The translations under genes were made by a program, and so were the position numbers. Shown here one piece after another: positions 9,962-19,697 of a DNA stretch of 61,738 nt. The notes under the pieces were generated by a model that saw only the letters and a list, made by a program, of their open reading frames with translations, had not been told where the DNA came from and did not search any database. The DNA comes from Candidatus Moraniibacteriota bacterium. GTDB lineage: Bacteria > Patescibacteriota > Minisyncoccia > Moranbacterales > UBA2206. The stretch is taken from contig JAUXSI010000028.1 in assembly GCA_030679985.1 (NCBI GenBank), positions 1 through 61,738 of the forward strand, written 5' to 3'. The stretch's first letter is position 1; each line of letters starts with the position of its first letter.

Positions 9962-10576
9962 TCAGCCACCCTGGGCTGGCGCCCAAGTCCTTTCTCCCAT
10001 TTTTTGTCGGGTGAAGGCCGCCAGCTCTGATATTTTTTTGTCCAAATTATAGATTTCGATACGCATACGCGTATCGCCTTTCCCCGGGACGGAATGTCTT
10101 GATACGGCATCGATGATGATGTCCCTTTGCCGCGAAGCCCGTTGGGAAAGGTCGATGATTTCCATTGCTGCGTATTCGAGCGAAAATCGTTTATCCAATA
10201 CCCAGTGGCTGATCCGCTCGCCTTTTTCTTCATCCTCGAAGCGGTAATGGATCAACCAAAATTCAAATTCCTCCGAATCCACCCATTCACCGACGTTGAA
10301 GGCATACTCTCCGGCAAGGTCCCTCCGCTCTTTCTCAGCCGGACTTATTTCAGGAACATGCATGATATGTTTATTGCGCATGCTCGCTAAACTCCTTTCC
10401 CGGATAGACTCAAAAGGCCTGAACGAGAGAGACTCTAATTTATTCTTTACGAAATCTCTCACCCTCCATGCTTTTATCGACTGTTTCGATTCCGAAATTG
10501 GAACCAGATGCGGCCGCAAAACTTCCAGCACCCACGGATCAGCCATCAGAATCTTGTGGAATTTTATCACTTTCAT
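9962..10576 (-). CDS. Hypothetical protein (ORFan-like)
   Basis: AGGAGG SD; TTGACT-17-TATTCT promoter at ~10727-10755. Confidence 0.7.
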   Translation of the reverse strand: MKVIKFHKILMADPWVLEVLRPHLVPISESKQSIKAWRVRDFVKNKLESLSFRPFESIRERSLASMRNKHIMHVPEISPAEKERRDLAGEYAFNVGEWVDSEEFEFWLIHYRFEDEEKGERISHWVLDKRFSLEYAAMEIIDLSQRASRQRDIIIDAVSRHSVPGKGDTRMRIEIYNLDKKISELAAFTRQKMGERTWAPAQGG

Positions 10577-10818
10577 ACATCCTCCTTCGCCCTATAGGCT
10601 TTGAGATTTTAATCCGGAGATTTTTCCTCCCGCCGGAGTTTTTGTCCGGTTTATAGGAAATTCCTCCCTTTGGCTTTAATTTGTAAAAGAAAACTCACGA
10701 ACAGGCCTTCCCTGATTCGATATCGAAGAATATCACAAAAGCCGTTCAAAGTCAATGAATTTAGTCCAAGCGGGTGAAAAGAAAAAATGCGCCCGCAAAG
10801 GACGCGCCTCTTCTTTTC

Positions 10819-10886
10819 GCCCGTTTGGCAGTCCGGCTTTCAGACTTTTGCTGTGTCATCTTCGTATGGCCGTGCGAAGATGACAC
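10819..10886. repeat. Palindromic element copy 2
   Basis: Core GTGTCATCTTCGTATGGCCGTGCGAAGATGACAC (10853-10886), with a compensatory base-pair change relative to copy 1. Confidence 0.85.
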
Positions 10887-10929
10887 GTTGGGAAAATTTC
10901 GGATCGGTCGAATTTTCCGGATCGATAGA

Positions 10930-11102
10930 TCAGGCCGGCCAGATATTTTTGAGGCTCGCCAAAGCCCGCGTGTGCTGGCTTTTGACGGCGTTGTACGAAA
11001 GATCGAGAATTTCCGCAATTTCTTGCAAGGAGAAATCGTCTTTATAGCGCATCAGCAGAAGAATGCAGCAGCTAGACGCACCCGCGTTCCGGAATATCCC
11101 GG
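10930..11102 (-). pseudogene. Duplicated 3' fragment (sigma region 4) of the ECF sigma gene
   Basis: Translates ILLLMRYKDDFSLQEIAEILDLSYNAVKSQHTRALASLK, versus VLLMMRYKDDFSLQEIAHILDLPYNTVKSQHARALASLK in 11493-12044. Confidence 0.85.
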
Positions 11103-11420
11103 TCAGTAGAAAGAATATGGCGCCCGGCTGACATAGCGGACCGTATTTTCCTTGATTATGAAAATATTAAAATTTTTTAAATTCAAAGAATATTCGAATG
11201 TCATCAATGTGACTTTAGCCAAGAAGGGACCTCGGCGGCACCACTGCAAAAAAATTTTCAAATTCCGTTCTTCTCCTTCAGCTTCGATGACGACACTGCC
11301 GTTTTCCGCCCTGTCCGCGTAACCGGAAAGGCCTAGTTTCATAGCCTCCTCCATCGCGGTCCGCCTGAAAAATACGCCGTGCACCCGGCCGTGGACAATG
11401 ACGCATAAATGTTTTTTCAT
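11103..11420 (-). CDS. acyP: Acylphosphatase
   Basis: GRVHGVFFR, GSVVIEAEG, WCRRGP; the second catalytic Asn motif looks degenerate (GYADR). Confidence 0.8.
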   Translation of the reverse strand: MKKHLCVIVHGRVHGVFFRRTAMEEAMKLGLSGYADRAENGSVVIEAEGEERNLKIFLQWCRRGPFLAKVTLMTFEYSLNLKNFNIFIIKENTVRYVSRAPYSFY

Positions 11421-11492
11421 CGATTTGGACTTAGTTTTATCAACGGATAAAACAATTTCCGCACCGGTTTTATTTCCGCCGAATATCGGCGA

Positions 11493-12044
11493 TTACTCCA
11501 AACTTCTTTTCAGGCTGGCCAGTGCCCGCGCATGCTGGCTTTTGACGGTGTTATAAGGCAAGTCGAGAATATGGGCGATTTCTTGCAAAGAAAAATCGTC
11601 CTTGTACCGCATCATCAGAAGGACGCGGTAATTATCCGGAATTTCTTGCAACTTCCTTTCCAACTCTTGCGCTGAATCATTGCCAGCCAAGACCTCCTCC
11701 AGTCGAGGACCGTCCTCGACCATGTTTTCCAATTTATTGTTTCCTTCCCCATCTAAAAAATTGGAAAATGGCAATGACTTTTTCTTTTTGAAAAAATCAT
11801 AGGCCGTGTTCTTGGCGATGGTGAAAAGCCAGGTTTTGAAATTCTTTTCCGGATCGAATTTTTTGATATTTTTCCAGGCCTTGATGAAAGTTTCCTGTAC
11901 CAAATCATCCAGCGAATCCCGGTCCTGGGTGAATTGATATAGAAAATTGTAAACCGGTTTCAAATATCGGCCGACTAGCCGCTCGAAAGCCGCATCTTCC
12001 CCATCCAGGAAATCCGCAATCAATTGTCGATCGTCTTTTTCCAT
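11493..12044 (-). CDS. ECF (sigma-70 group 4) RNA polymerase sigma factor
   Basis: DDLVQETFIKAW, FKTWLFTIAKN, region-4 HTH; start assigned to MEKDD. Confidence 0.92.
   Translation of the reverse strand: MEKDDRQLIADFLDGEDAAFERLVGRYLKPVYNFLYQFTQDRDSLDDLVQETFIKAWKNIKKFDPEKNFKTWLFTIAKNTAYDFFKKKKSLPFSNFLDGEGNNKLENMVEDGPRLEEVLAGNDSAQELERKLQEIPDNYRVLLMMRYKDDFSLQEIAHILDLPYNTVKSQHARALASLKRSLE
11702..11720. repeat. REP-like palindrome inside sigma CDS
   Basis: GTCGAGGAC-C-GTCCTCGAC; 18-bp exact inverted match at 61376-61393. Confidence 0.6.
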
Positions 12045-12170
12045 TGTTTTTGCCGGCCGGCGCTCTACGCGCCGTATGTCCGGGTGATTTTGGAACCGGC
12101 TTCTTATATGCATCCGTAGATGAAGAATATAACTTCCTCCCGACAAATTGTCAATCGCGATTTCGATGAG

Positions 12171-13934
12171 CTAGTCCATAAAGTAGAATGGGACAGCTAA
12201 TTGCTTTATCTCGGACAAGCGGTAATCAAGCATCTTCTTGCCTACGAATATGGCCACGACTTTATTATCGGTCTTCGCCAAATTATCGATGTTTTCATGG
12301 AGCGAACCCTTGCGGCTTATGAAAGCGAAGTCAATATGGGCTGATGATTTTTCCTTAAGCTTTCCGGACTCCTGCGCGAACGCCGCCTGCGCCTTGGTCT
12401 TGATGTCCTTCTCCAGCGCGGCCGAATATTTATCTTCCAAGCATAACATAACCGCGATATCGCTGATAGAATGTTTTGAGGCCCACTTGACCGTGTATGG
12501 CAACCTATCCAAAAAGGATTCGCCCCGCGTCACCAGGACAACCGTGGTTTTTTTGTTCAATGGCGCCTTGGTCCGGTCCTGCATTTCTTCAGCTACTTGG
12601 AGATATCTGGCGACGAACGGCGTCAACAACGGCTCGATGATCAGGGTCAGAAGAATCGTCCACATACCTATTTCCACCAGTCCTTCCATACCGGAAAGTC
12701 CCAGGCTGATGATGGTTACCATCAGCACGGCCGGGATGGCGCCGGTTTCGCGCACGAACGAAATGAACAGCAGGTCACGCCAATCCAACCTCTCCTGTCC
12801 GAAGAAATGGAAACTGCCCAAGGAAACGAACACCGCGACGGGACGGATGATAAACATAAATATCAAGGCGGCCACGATACCGATCGGCGCATAGGTCAGC
12901 AATTGCACCGGATCGACCAAAGCTCCCAACAGGATAAATATGATCGGTTTCAGGAAACCATCCACCAAATTATTGAAAAATCTCTCAGTCTCGCTCAAAT
13001 GTTCGGTGATATGGAAAACCAACCCGGCCACAAAAGCGGCCAGATATCCGCTGCCGCCGAAGAAGATGGCGCCGGTGAAAATTATGACCGGCACCGAGAT
13101 GAAAAAAGCGGCATCAGCCTCGAATTCCTCCCCATACAGATGCTTGGCGCGCAAAAGGAGCTCGAGGAAAAAGTAGCCCGCCAAGCCTAGCAAGGCCCCA
13201 AAAAACAGCTGGGCCGCCAATACCGTCGTGCTTTCATAACTGAAGATGGCCTGATACCACTGGTTGATGCCGCCGGAAAAACCTCCACCCACCGCCAACG
13301 ACAAAAAAACCACCGTCAACAAAGTACCCACTACGTCCGTAACGGCGCTCTCCGAAACGATGATGTCTTTTATGGAACGGTTATGGAAACGCAGCCTTTT
13401 CAAAACCGGAATAATCGCCGCCGGATCGGTCGAAGCCAACAAAGCCCCCAGCAGGACGGAAGCCAGGACGGATATTTCCAATCCGAAAATCCCCCCTAGA
13501 AACCAGATGGTCCAAGAAAACAAAAAGGCCGTGATAAGCAGGCCAACGAAGGAAACGGAAAATATTTTCCAAATCAGCTTCTTGAAATTGGCGAAAGGCG
13601 TTTCCAATCCGCCCGCGAACAATATCAGGGTGGCACCGAAACTCACGATTACGCCCAAAAGCTCTTCATTACCGAGGATAGGCGTCAACAGCGGCTTAGC
13701 GGCTAAGCCTAGGAAAATCGCCAGGATAAAAGAGGGCAATTTGATCAGGTGGGACAGATAAAAGACTATGAAGCTCAACATAAACAGGGCCGCCAAAACG
13801 AAAAAGGCTACCAATATACCATGTTCATGATTATGTTCCAGGGCCTGATAAATCATCCCGCCGAAATTGGAAACCGACCAGACCGCTGAAATTCCCAAAG
13901 CGGCCATCAAATAATTTCTGGTATTTTTATTCAT
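12171..13934 (-). CDS. Cation:proton antiporter (CPA1/NhaP family)
   Basis: LASTDPAAI, ESAVTD, multiple TM helices. Confidence 0.88.
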   Translation of the reverse strand: MNKNTRNYLMAALGISAVWSVSNFGGMIYQALEHNHEHGILVAFFVLAALFMLSFIVFYLSHLIKLPSFILAIFLGLAAKPLLTPILGNEELLGVIVSFGATLILFAGGLETPFANFKKLIWKIFSVSFVGLLITAFLFSWTIWFLGGIFGLEISVLASVLLGALLASTDPAAIIPVLKRLRFHNRSIKDIIVSESAVTDVVGTLLTVVFLSLAVGGGFSGGINQWYQAIFSYESTTVLAAQLFFGALLGLAGYFFLELLLRAKHLYGEEFEADAAFFISVPVIIFTGAIFFGGSGYLAAFVAGLVFHITEHLSETERFFNNLVDGFLKPIIFILLGALVDPVQLLTYAPIGIVAALIFMFIIRPVAVFVSLGSFHFFGQERLDWRDLLFISFVRETGAIPAVLMVTIISLGLSGMEGLVEIGMWTILLTLIIEPLLTPFVARYLQVAEEMQDRTKAPLNKKTTVVLVTRGESFLDRLPYTVKWASKHSISDIAVMLCLEDKYSAALEKDIKTKAQAAFAQESGKLKEKSSAHIDFAFISRKGSLHENIDNLAKTDNKVVAIFVGKKMLDYRLSEIKQLAVPFYFMD

Positions 13935-14057
13935 ATAATTTGTCGGTACCGTCAATCAGCTGTGGATTTTCCATTCACGCTGCCTGAGGTACCCAAAGAA
14001 AGCAACCTATTCAATCTACCACTTCTGCAAAAAAACACAATATCACCCCTCCCATCC

Positions 14058-14681
14058 TCAAGACCTTTTCCGATACCAAAAAAGATATGCCGCTCCGACG
14101 GCCGCCCCCGCGCTGAAAAAAAACGCTTGGAACGCTACCGGCAGGCCGCCAAGATATGCCCAAACGAAAGCCAGCGGAACCACGCCTAAAATAGTGGTGG
14201 ACAAATACATCCGCCAGCCGATGCCGGTAAAAAGTCCCAACGCATAACTCAGGACGTCCACCGGCGTCACCATACGCAAAAACAAGAGGAGCCAGAACAG
14301 TTTTTTCTCCGGCAGATCCGTATATGTTTTCCGGATCTTTTCGATGTCCATCACGCGCCCCACCAGGCCAGTTCCGAACTTCCGGGCCAGCCAGAAAGCG
14401 ATGATGGAACCCAAAATCCACCCGCCGACGCTCAAAACGGCCGTCCAAAAAGCGCCCCAAACCGCCACCAGGACCGGGATGAAAGGCAGGCTCGTCAGCG
14501 GCGCCGCGACTACCGCCAAGGCGACTCCTATGACATATGCCGTCCCGCCGACCAGCTTATCCTGCCCCAAAATATCCAGAAAAAATCCGGTGTATTTCTG
14601 CGACAGGAAAGCCGATCCGACAAACAGAGCGGCCACCGCTGCGGCGGGCAAATATTTTATGATATTTTTCCCCATACTCAT
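14058..14681 (-). CDS. TVP38/TMEM64 (DedA/VTT) membrane protein
   Basis: GSIIAFWLARKFG, LRMVTPVDVLSYALG; ATGA overlap with upstream gene. Confidence 0.85.
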   Translation of the reverse strand: MSMGKNIIKYLPAAAVAALFVGSAFLSQKYTGFFLDILGQDKLVGGTAYVIGVALAVVAAPLTSLPFIPVLVAVWGAFWTAVLSVGGWILGSIIAFWLARKFGTGLVGRVMDIEKIRKTYTDLPEKKLFWLLLFLRMVTPVDVLSYALGLFTGIGWRMYLSTTILGVVPLAFVWAYLGGLPVAFQAFFFSAGAAVGAAYLFWYRKRS

Positions 14682-16021
14682 AATTCCAAGTTTGCAGCAT
14701 AAGTTCCAGCCGCGTAACCCGTGCTCCAACACATCTGCAGATTATATCCGCCGGTCGGACCGTCCAAATCCAGGATTTCGCCGGCTAAAAAAAGATTGCT
14801 GACGATCCGTGAACGCATCGTCCTGGAATCGACCTCTTTGGTATCCACGCCGCCGCTTGTAACGATGGCTTGGTTGTAGCCGGTCGTCCCATCGGCCGTC
14901 AGGCGCAGGTCCTTGAGCAATCCGGCCAATTTTTTACGCTCTTCTTTGGTGACAAAATTGATTTTCTTCCTGGGGTCGATGCCGGACAAATCCGCGATTA
15001 CCGCGATCATCTTTTGCGGCAAAAGCTCCGGCAGATAATTTATGAAATCTTTGTTGCTGTTTTCTTTGAAATCCCGCTGGAGACGCGCGTCCAATTGTTC
15101 ATGGTCCAGCGCCGGTTTCAAATCGATGGAAATGATAACTTTGCCTTTTGCCATCAGTTCTCCGGCTTTCTTGCTGAGGTCCAATACGATCGGACCGGTC
15201 AAGCCGAAATGCGCGAACATCATCTCGCCAAATCTGGAATCTTGCTTTCTATTGTTCTGCAAAAGATTGATAGCCACGTTTTTCAAACTCAAACCCTGCA
15301 CCTCTTTGACCCAATTTTCTTTGGTCTTGATCGGCACCAGAGCCGGTGCCGGCGGAATGATCTTGTGTCCCAAATTTTCAGCCCAGCGATAACCGTCCCC
15401 GGTCGAACCGGTCACCGGATAGGATTTGCCACCGGTGCATAAGATAAACTTGTCGGCATAGATCCTCCTTGCCGGAAGCATAGCTTGTTTTTCCGCTGAC
15501 ACATATCCTTTCTCGGCCAATTTCACGCTGGCAATTTTTCCGCCGCTGGCAACCGGCGCCACGTCAAAGCCGGCCACCTGGGCATCATAGATCATTTCAA
15601 CTCCGTTTTTTTCCAAATATTTTTCCAACACCCGCAACACATCCTGCGCCCGATCCGATCGCGGAAAAACCCGCCCGCCCCTCTCGATTTTGGTCGGAAC
15701 ATTCCGGTCTTCAAAAAATTTGATAACTTCTTCCGGGCCATATGCCGCCAAGGAGGAGAATAAAAATTTTCCCTGCTTGCCGAATTTCTTGATGATTTCC
15801 TTGTCGTCAAATTCGGCCTGCGTCAGATTGCAGCGCCCCTTGCCGGTGATCAAAAGTTTTTTGCCTAAACCGTTATTTTTTTCAAGCAAAACCACGCGCG
15901 CGCCCAGTTCGGCTGCCCGTCCGGCCGCCATCATACCGGCCGGCCCGCCGCCGATCACCACGATATCAAATTTCGGCCCCGAGGCCGATCCGCCTCGGGC
16001 GGATAGGTTCTTATTTTTCAT
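14678..16021 (-). CDS. HI0933/BaiN family flavoprotein
   Basis: IGGGPAGMMAA, KLLITGKGRCN, TGSTGDGY, GPTGGYNLQ. Confidence 0.92.
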   Translation of the reverse strand: MKNKNLSARGGSASGPKFDIVVIGGGPAGMMAAGRAAELGARVVLLEKNNGLGKKLLITGKGRCNLTQAEFDDKEIIKKFGKQGKFLFSSLAAYGPEEVIKFFEDRNVPTKIERGGRVFPRSDRAQDVLRVLEKYLEKNGVEMIYDAQVAGFDVAPVASGGKIASVKLAEKGYVSAEKQAMLPARRIYADKFILCTGGKSYPVTGSTGDGYRWAENLGHKIIPPAPALVPIKTKENWVKEVQGLSLKNVAINLLQNNRKQDSRFGEMMFAHFGLTGPIVLDLSKKAGELMAKGKVIISIDLKPALDHEQLDARLQRDFKENSNKDFINYLPELLPQKMIAVIADLSGIDPRKKINFVTKEERKKLAGLLKDLRLTADGTTGYNQAIVTSGGVDTKEVDSRTMRSRIVSNLFLAGEILDLDGPTGGYNLQMCWSTGYAAGTYAANLEL

Positions 16022-16084
16022 AATATTACAATCCTAGCATCTTACTCCGTTTTATCCAATCCATCAATAGCTTTCCGGAAAAAC

Positions 16085-16116
16085 AAAAAGCTCCGCGTGA
16101 AGCGGAGCTTTTTTTT
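16085..16116. terminator. Bidirectional intrinsic terminator after csp
   Basis: AAAAAGCTCCGC-GTGAA-GCGGAGCTTTTT. Confidence 0.8.
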
Positions 16117-16127
16117 CGCGAATCGAA

Positions 16128-16328
16128 CTAGACTCTTGATACGTTGATAGCGTTCGGTCCTTTCGGGCTCTCGCTAACTTCGAATTGAACCCGGTCGCCT
16201 TCTTTCAGGTCATTGAACTCTACACCTTGTAGTTCTTTTGCGTGAAAGAACAGATCCTTGTCTTCACCATCTTGTGTGATGAATCCGAATCCACGATCGG
16301 TCAATCGCTTGATTGTTCCTTGTGCCAT
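16128..16328 (-). CDS. Cold-shock protein
   Basis: RGFGFI (RNP1), LFFH (RNP2), KGPNAINV. Confidence 0.95.
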   Translation of the reverse strand: MAQGTIKRLTDRGFGFITQDGEDKDLFFHAKELQGVEFNDLKEGDRVQFEVSESPKGPNAINVSRV

Positions 16329-16516
16329 TTTGATATAGTACAAATTGATTAAATACACATACCGCAATGCAAAGGAAGTTCGACTACGCTACTGCTGCAC
16401 GCTACTGTGATTAAAACCACTATAGCATACCCTGCGCGCTTTGTAAAGGGGGCGGGTGCGGGACAAAAAAAGAAGCCTATGTTTCCCCAAAAAAGGAAAC
16501 ATAGACTGCAAGCCTG

Positions 16517-16795
16517 TTACGGTTGGCTGAACGCGATTTTAAGGGCGTTTTCACGCTGCGGTTCCGCATCACCGATGACATAGCCGGCAGAAAAATGCTT
16601 TTTTCCGCCGATATAATAATAACAGCCTGCCATGGCATAATTCACCTCCACCAATTCCGCTGCCGCCGGAATCAGGCATACCGCGTCCGGAGCGACTTGG
16701 AACGGGATGATTTCTAAGTTTATCCTCGCGCCCTCCAGCATGATTCCAAAAAAAACCAACAGTACCGCCGACAAGAACGATTTGATCTTCCTCAT
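16517..16795 (-). CDS. Hypothetical secreted/membrane protein
   Basis: AGGAGG SD, N-terminal hydrophobic segment. Confidence 0.55.
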   Translation of the reverse strand: MRKIKSFLSAVLLVFFGIMLEGARINLEIIPFQVAPDAVCLIPAAAELVEVNYAMAGCYYYIGGKKHFSAGYVIGDAEPQRENALKIAFSQP

Positions 16796-16870
16796 TCCAC
16801 TCTCCTCCTTTTTTAAACTAAAAAGTGCTCGGCTTACGCCATATATCACAACTAAACAAATCTCAAAAAG

Positions 16871-18322
16871 TTATTTCTCCAAATCCAGCACTTCATCGAT
16901 CCGGATCTGTTCCACGAATTCCGGCACGTGGGAAACCAAAATCATCGCGCCGGCATATTTATCCAAAGCTTTGGCGATGACCGGCAAATGGCGGAAATTA
17001 ATGTGATTGGTCGGTTCGTCCAGAATCAGAAGTCCCGGCTCCAACAGCACCAGTTGCGCGAAAGCTACCAAACCTTTCTGGCCTTCCGACAAGGTCCCGA
17101 TCCTGGCGTTGATGATTTGCTTGTCTATCAAAAAACCGGCCGCCACGCTGCGCAAAAATTCTTCATTTTCCTCTTTCATCACCGCAGCCAGGGCGTCATG
17201 CACCGTGTCTTCAAAATTGAGCGTGGAAAAATCCTGCCGGTAATATCCGACTTTCACGCCTTCGGCGATGGACGCCCCGGCGGCTCGGCCCGTGGCCAGC
17301 GCTTCGATCAAAGTGCTCTTGCCGATCCCGTTGGGTCCAGCGATCAAAAGATGCTGCTTTTTACGCAACGAGATGTTGGCTTGTTTTTCCACCAGCTCGT
17401 GGTTATGCATAATCTTGAATGAGGAGATTTTCAAAACCTCCCCGCCCAATTCGGCCTGGGCCGGAATTTCAAAATCCCGGATCGCCTTGTCTTCCCGGCG
17501 CACGTCCACTTTCGCCTCCTCCATCGCTGCCGCTTTTTCGCGCATCTTCTTGGCGACCAGCCTCATCCCGCCGCCCTTATTGGCGAAGAAGTTGGCTTTC
17601 TCCTTATTGGCGATGATTTCTTTTTCGTATTGCGCGTTCTTCCTTTTTTCCTTTTCGATCTGCGCTGCGATTTCTTCCACCACTACATAGTAGTCCCCGG
17701 TATATTGTTGGGTCTTATGCGTAAAGACATCCAGATAGACCACGCCGTCCGTGAACATATTCAAAAAATCCGCGTCATGGGAAATGACGATGCAAGTCTT
17801 GTCATACATTATCAAAAATTGGGTCAAGTGTTCGATGCCGGCCCGATCCAAATTATTGGTCGGCTCGTCCAAAATCAGGATATCCGGATCCTGGATCAAA
17901 GCGGAAGCCAAAAGCAAGCGCGCCTGCTGGCCGCCGGAAAAATCTTTGATCAGCCGGTCGCCAGGCGCTTTCAAATTGACCACTTCCAAAACCTCCTCGA
18001 TCCGCCGGTCAAGCTCATAGTCCTTTCCGGAAAAACAAGCCGCGAAAAATTCCCGTGTCGTAAACGACAATTGTTGCCTCGGAATGACCTGTTTGGCATA
18101 GGCGATCTTCAAATCTGGATCGACATAAATCGAACCGTCGTGCGCCTGCATCTCTCCCGTAATCAGATTGAGGATCGTGCTCTTGCCGGCCCCATTCTGG
18201 CCCATCAGCGTGACTTTGGATCCGCGGCGCAACGCGAAAGACGCCTCGTCCAAAATAGGCTTGTCGCGTCCGTATTCGAAGGATACCTTATTGAATCTGA
18301 CCGCCACGTTATCATTGGCCAT
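16871..18322 (-). CDS. ABC-F family ATPase
   Basis: Two ABC domains (GQNGAGKST/FSGGQ/LDEPTN; GPNGIGKST/LSEGQ/LDEPTN), helical linker, no TM; start assigned to MANDN. Confidence 0.9.
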   Translation of the reverse strand: MANDNVAVRFNKVSFEYGRDKPILDEASFALRRGSKVTLMGQNGAGKSTILNLITGEMQAHDGSIYVDPDLKIAYAKQVIPRQQLSFTTREFFAACFSGKDYELDRRIEEVLEVVNLKAPGDRLIKDFSGGQQARLLLASALIQDPDILILDEPTNNLDRAGIEHLTQFLIMYDKTCIVISHDADFLNMFTDGVVYLDVFTHKTQQYTGDYYVVVEEIAAQIEKEKRKNAQYEKEIIANKEKANFFANKGGGMRLVAKKMREKAAAMEEAKVDVRREDKAIRDFEIPAQAELGGEVLKISSFKIMHNHELVEKQANISLRKKQHLLIAGPNGIGKSTLIEALATGRAAGASIAEGVKVGYYRQDFSTLNFEDTVHDALAAVMKEENEEFLRSVAAGFLIDKQIINARIGTLSEGQKGLVAFAQLVLLEPGLLILDEPTNHINFRHLPVIAKALDKYAGAMILVSHVPEFVEQIRIDEVLDLEK

Positions 18323-18548
18323 AGCCGGTGGAATAAAAAAAATAATATCGAGTTTCCATAGTACAACATATTTTTGTTTTTGGGAAGCGTTTTCTGGGAA
18401 TAACAGCCTTCCCATCGGCCTTAGATTGGCTTTCAAGCCGCGTAATTTTAAAAAATAGCCCGGATTTATCGGTTTTTTAAAACAAAAACCCCTAAAAATA
18501 CAGGCCCGTCCATTACAGCTGAATGGACGGGCCTGACGCGGATAATTT

Positions 18549-18911
18549 TTATCCGAACGCCTCCGCTTCACGGCGAAGACGGTTGAATGAGAAGAGCGGG
18601 TGCGCGGCACTCAAAAAGAAAAAGGTCGCCTCCAATATTTCTTCGTTTTCTTCGATACCGACGTTGAAAAAAACATATTTGAGAAACGTGTCTACGTTTT
18701 GCATCGGAACCAAAATGCCATGCCAACTGAAAACCGTCTTGCATTCCAAAAGAGCGCAATCGCGGTGGGCAGACATCCCCACGCGATCCTCTTCTTGCGT
18801 CAGTTTGGTCTGACACAATATACAAGCTTTGGCTCCCCATTTTGCCCTTGGGCCGCCGCGGCGAGCCCATCTCTTATTTCTGACAGGCTTCCTATAAATC
18901 ACTTTACTCAT
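18549..18911 (-). CDS. Hypothetical protein, possible Zn-binding (CxxC...HxxC)
   Basis: GGGAGG SD; CILC and HRDC motifs. Confidence 0.55.
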   Translation of the reverse strand: MSKVIYRKPVRNKRWARRGGPRAKWGAKACILCQTKLTQEEDRVGMSAHRDCALLECKTVFSWHGILVPMQNVDTFLKYVFFNVGIEENEEILEATFFFLSAAHPLFSFNRLRREAEAFG

Positions 18912-19103
18912 ACTTTTCCTCCCTTTAATTTTTAAACAGCCCACCACATCACTATTTTAATATAATACAACTATTATGATCGATTATGCCAATATCAAGC
19001 AAATGGCAAGATTATGCCTTTATCGCATTTTTCACGTAATTTTGCCGTTTTTCCGCCTGCCATGTTAGAATAACCCCAGACTTATCATATTAATACCAAG
19101 CTT

Positions 19104-19697
19104 ATGAAAATCAAAATCGTCGACGGGTTTGAAATAAGAAACAGCCTTGACCCGGATTTCTGCGCCATTGAAGACAGTCAGAGCCAGACCTACATTCCCA
19201 AGGGCGAACTTTGGCTGGAAAAAAGCTATTCTCCCGAAAAAGACCGGATCGTGCAAAGTTTCCTGGCCGACCGGAAATTGAAAACCGAACTTGGCGCCAA
19301 AAAATATGGCGCTTTTGTCCGCCACAGGATCGCCGGCGCGGCCAAAAAGACAACTGGTACAAAAACGGAACCGTTCAAAATAAAACTGCTTGGAAAATCG
19401 GCGGGATTCAAAATATTTTTAGTATCCGGCCGGGAAGTGCGTGAAAAACTGGATCCGGATTTTTTCCTAGGCGGACATAATCTGGTATACGGCTATGTCC
19501 CAAAAAACGAAATCTGGATCGATGACGCCCAGGACAGCAGGGAAATCAAATATACATTGCTCCACGAACTGCACGAAGCCAAACTGATGAAAAAAGGCAC
19601 GAGCTATGACAACGCCCACGATTTCTCGCTCGCGACCGAAAAAGCCGCCCGCAGAAACGACGGCTTCGGACGCTATCCCAAAGACAGCGGCTTTTAA
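19104..19697 (+). CDS. Hypothetical protein with internal duplication and HExxE motif
   Basis: Two copies of (I/L)VxGxE(I/V)RxxLDPDF...Y(I/V)PKxE(L/I)W; LLHELHE...AH. Confidence 0.7.
   Translation: MKIKIVDGFEIRNSLDPDFCAIEDSQSQTYIPKGELWLEKSYSPEKDRIVQSFLADRKLKTELGAKKYGAFVRHRIAGAAKKTTGTKTEPFKIKLLGKSAGFKIFLVSGREVREKLDPDFFLGGHNLVYGYVPKNEIWIDDAQDSREIKYTLLHELHEAKLMKKGTSYDNAHDFSLATEKAARRNDGFGRYPKDSGF

Noticed and set aside
9821..10886. CRISPR array interpretation of the palindromic repeats
   Set aside because: Only two copies about 1 kb apart and no cas genes
18323..18610. N-terminal extension of ABC-F in the ORF track
   Set aside because: Runs through the intergenic terminator region and the neighbouring gene; homology starts at MANDN
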